64,000 nt of DNA. It comes from Malacoraja senta. Its lineage: Eukaryota. Position numbers and translations under genes: made by a program. The notes below the pieces were generated by a model that saw only the letters and a program-made list of their open reading frames with translations, searched no databases and was not told the DNA's origin. The stretch covers positions 23,996,001 to 24,060,000 of the forward strand of contig CM075987.1 in NCBI GenBank assembly GCA_038087875.1, written 5' to 3'. Positions 63,165 through 64,000 of this stretch are shown one piece after another (positions within the stretch are counted from its first letter, which is position 1; each line of letters begins with the position of its first letter).

Positions 63165-63563
63165 CACTTCATGCTGCCTTGGCAAGGCCTCAGCATAATC
63201 AAGGACCAGTCTCACCCTGGTCACTCCTTCTTCTCCCCTCTCGCCTCTCCCATCAGGCAAGATATACCGACGTGTGGAAACGCACACCTCCAGATTCAGG
63301 GACAGTTTCTTCCCAGCTGTTATCAGGCAACTGAACCATCCTACCAATAACTAGAGAGCGGTCTCAAACTACGATCTAGCTCACTGGAGACCCTTGGACT
63401 ATCTTTAATCAGACTTTACAGGACTTTCTCTTGCACGAAACGCTAGTCCCTTTATCACGACTCGATTGTAATCATGTATAGTCTTTCCACTCACTGGTTA
63501 GCACGCAACAAAAGCTTTTCACTGTACCTCGGTACAGGCGACAATAAACTAAAATAAACTAAA
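63165..63563 (+). mobile_element. Rex1/Babar-like LINE 3' end
   Basis: Homologous to 9620-10012. Confidence 0.85.
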
Positions 63564-63774
63564 ATGATAAGGAGCGACAGTATCGTTCATTGTTTATTTA
63601 AGTTAGCTTCAATGCTTTTGCTTATTAGCTTGTTTGTGAAAAATCTATATACTTTAATGATATCTTTATTTGTCAACAGTCAGGATAGGAGTATGTTTAA
63701 CATGTCCAAGGATAGTAAAGCATGGGAAGTTGGGGAACTCCTAGGAGTTTCACAGCCATAGCCTCGTCTATTAT

Positions 63775-63961
63775 AGACAAAAATGCTGGAGAAACTCAGC
63801 GGGTGCGGCAGCATCTATGGAGCGTAGGAAATAGGCAACGTCTCGGCCCGAAACGTTGCCCATTTCCTTCGCTCCATAGACGCTGCCGCACCCCGCTGAG
63901 TTTCTCCAGCATTTTTGTCTACCTTCGATTTTCCAGCATCTGCAGTTCCTTCTTGAACAAC
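63775..63961. mobile_element. Penelope-derived fold-back element with 14-bp TSD
   Basis: TSD GCCTCGTCTATTAT at 63761-63774 and 63962-63975. Confidence 0.85.
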
Positions 63962-64000
63962 GCCTCGTCTATTATGTTATGTTTTCTCACTTCAAATAGA

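Overview
Repeat-dense vertebrate genomic DNA, very probably from a cartilaginous fish such as a skate or ray. That assignment is an inference from the HE1/V-SINE-like SINEs and the CR1, Rex1/Babar and Penelope content. Most of the window is transposon debris. It holds about 25 tRNA-derived SINE copies or fragments; many CR1, Rex1/Babar, L2 and L1/Tx1 LINE fragments; a Gypsy gag relic; two hAT MITEs; and 11 MITEs sharing a NNNNNCTGTCCCAC terminus. It also holds more than 25 Penelope-derived short repeats, many carrying a minimal hammerhead-like motif. Most ORFs in the six-frame track are spurious or TE-derived. There are four highlights. (1) Two families of very short (~140-170 nt) retroposed elements begin exactly at G1 of an HDV/CPEB3-like ribozyme fold and end in a (GAA)n tail with target-site duplications (TSDs) (28908-29045, 49768-50108, 47622-47788). 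(2) A spliced candidate gene for a small secreted helical protein (exons 37122-37161, 47044-47165, 47259-47316, possibly 49220-49260) is absent from the ORF track. (3) Penelope-derived hammerhead-like fold-back elements carry 14-18 bp TSDs. (4) In 6 of 9 complete MITEs the 3-bp flanks are inverted rather than direct repeats (one of the six imperfectly). A decayed tRNA-Lys(CTT) copy is also present. Boundaries of degenerate repeats are approximate. All family names come from pattern recognition, not database searches.
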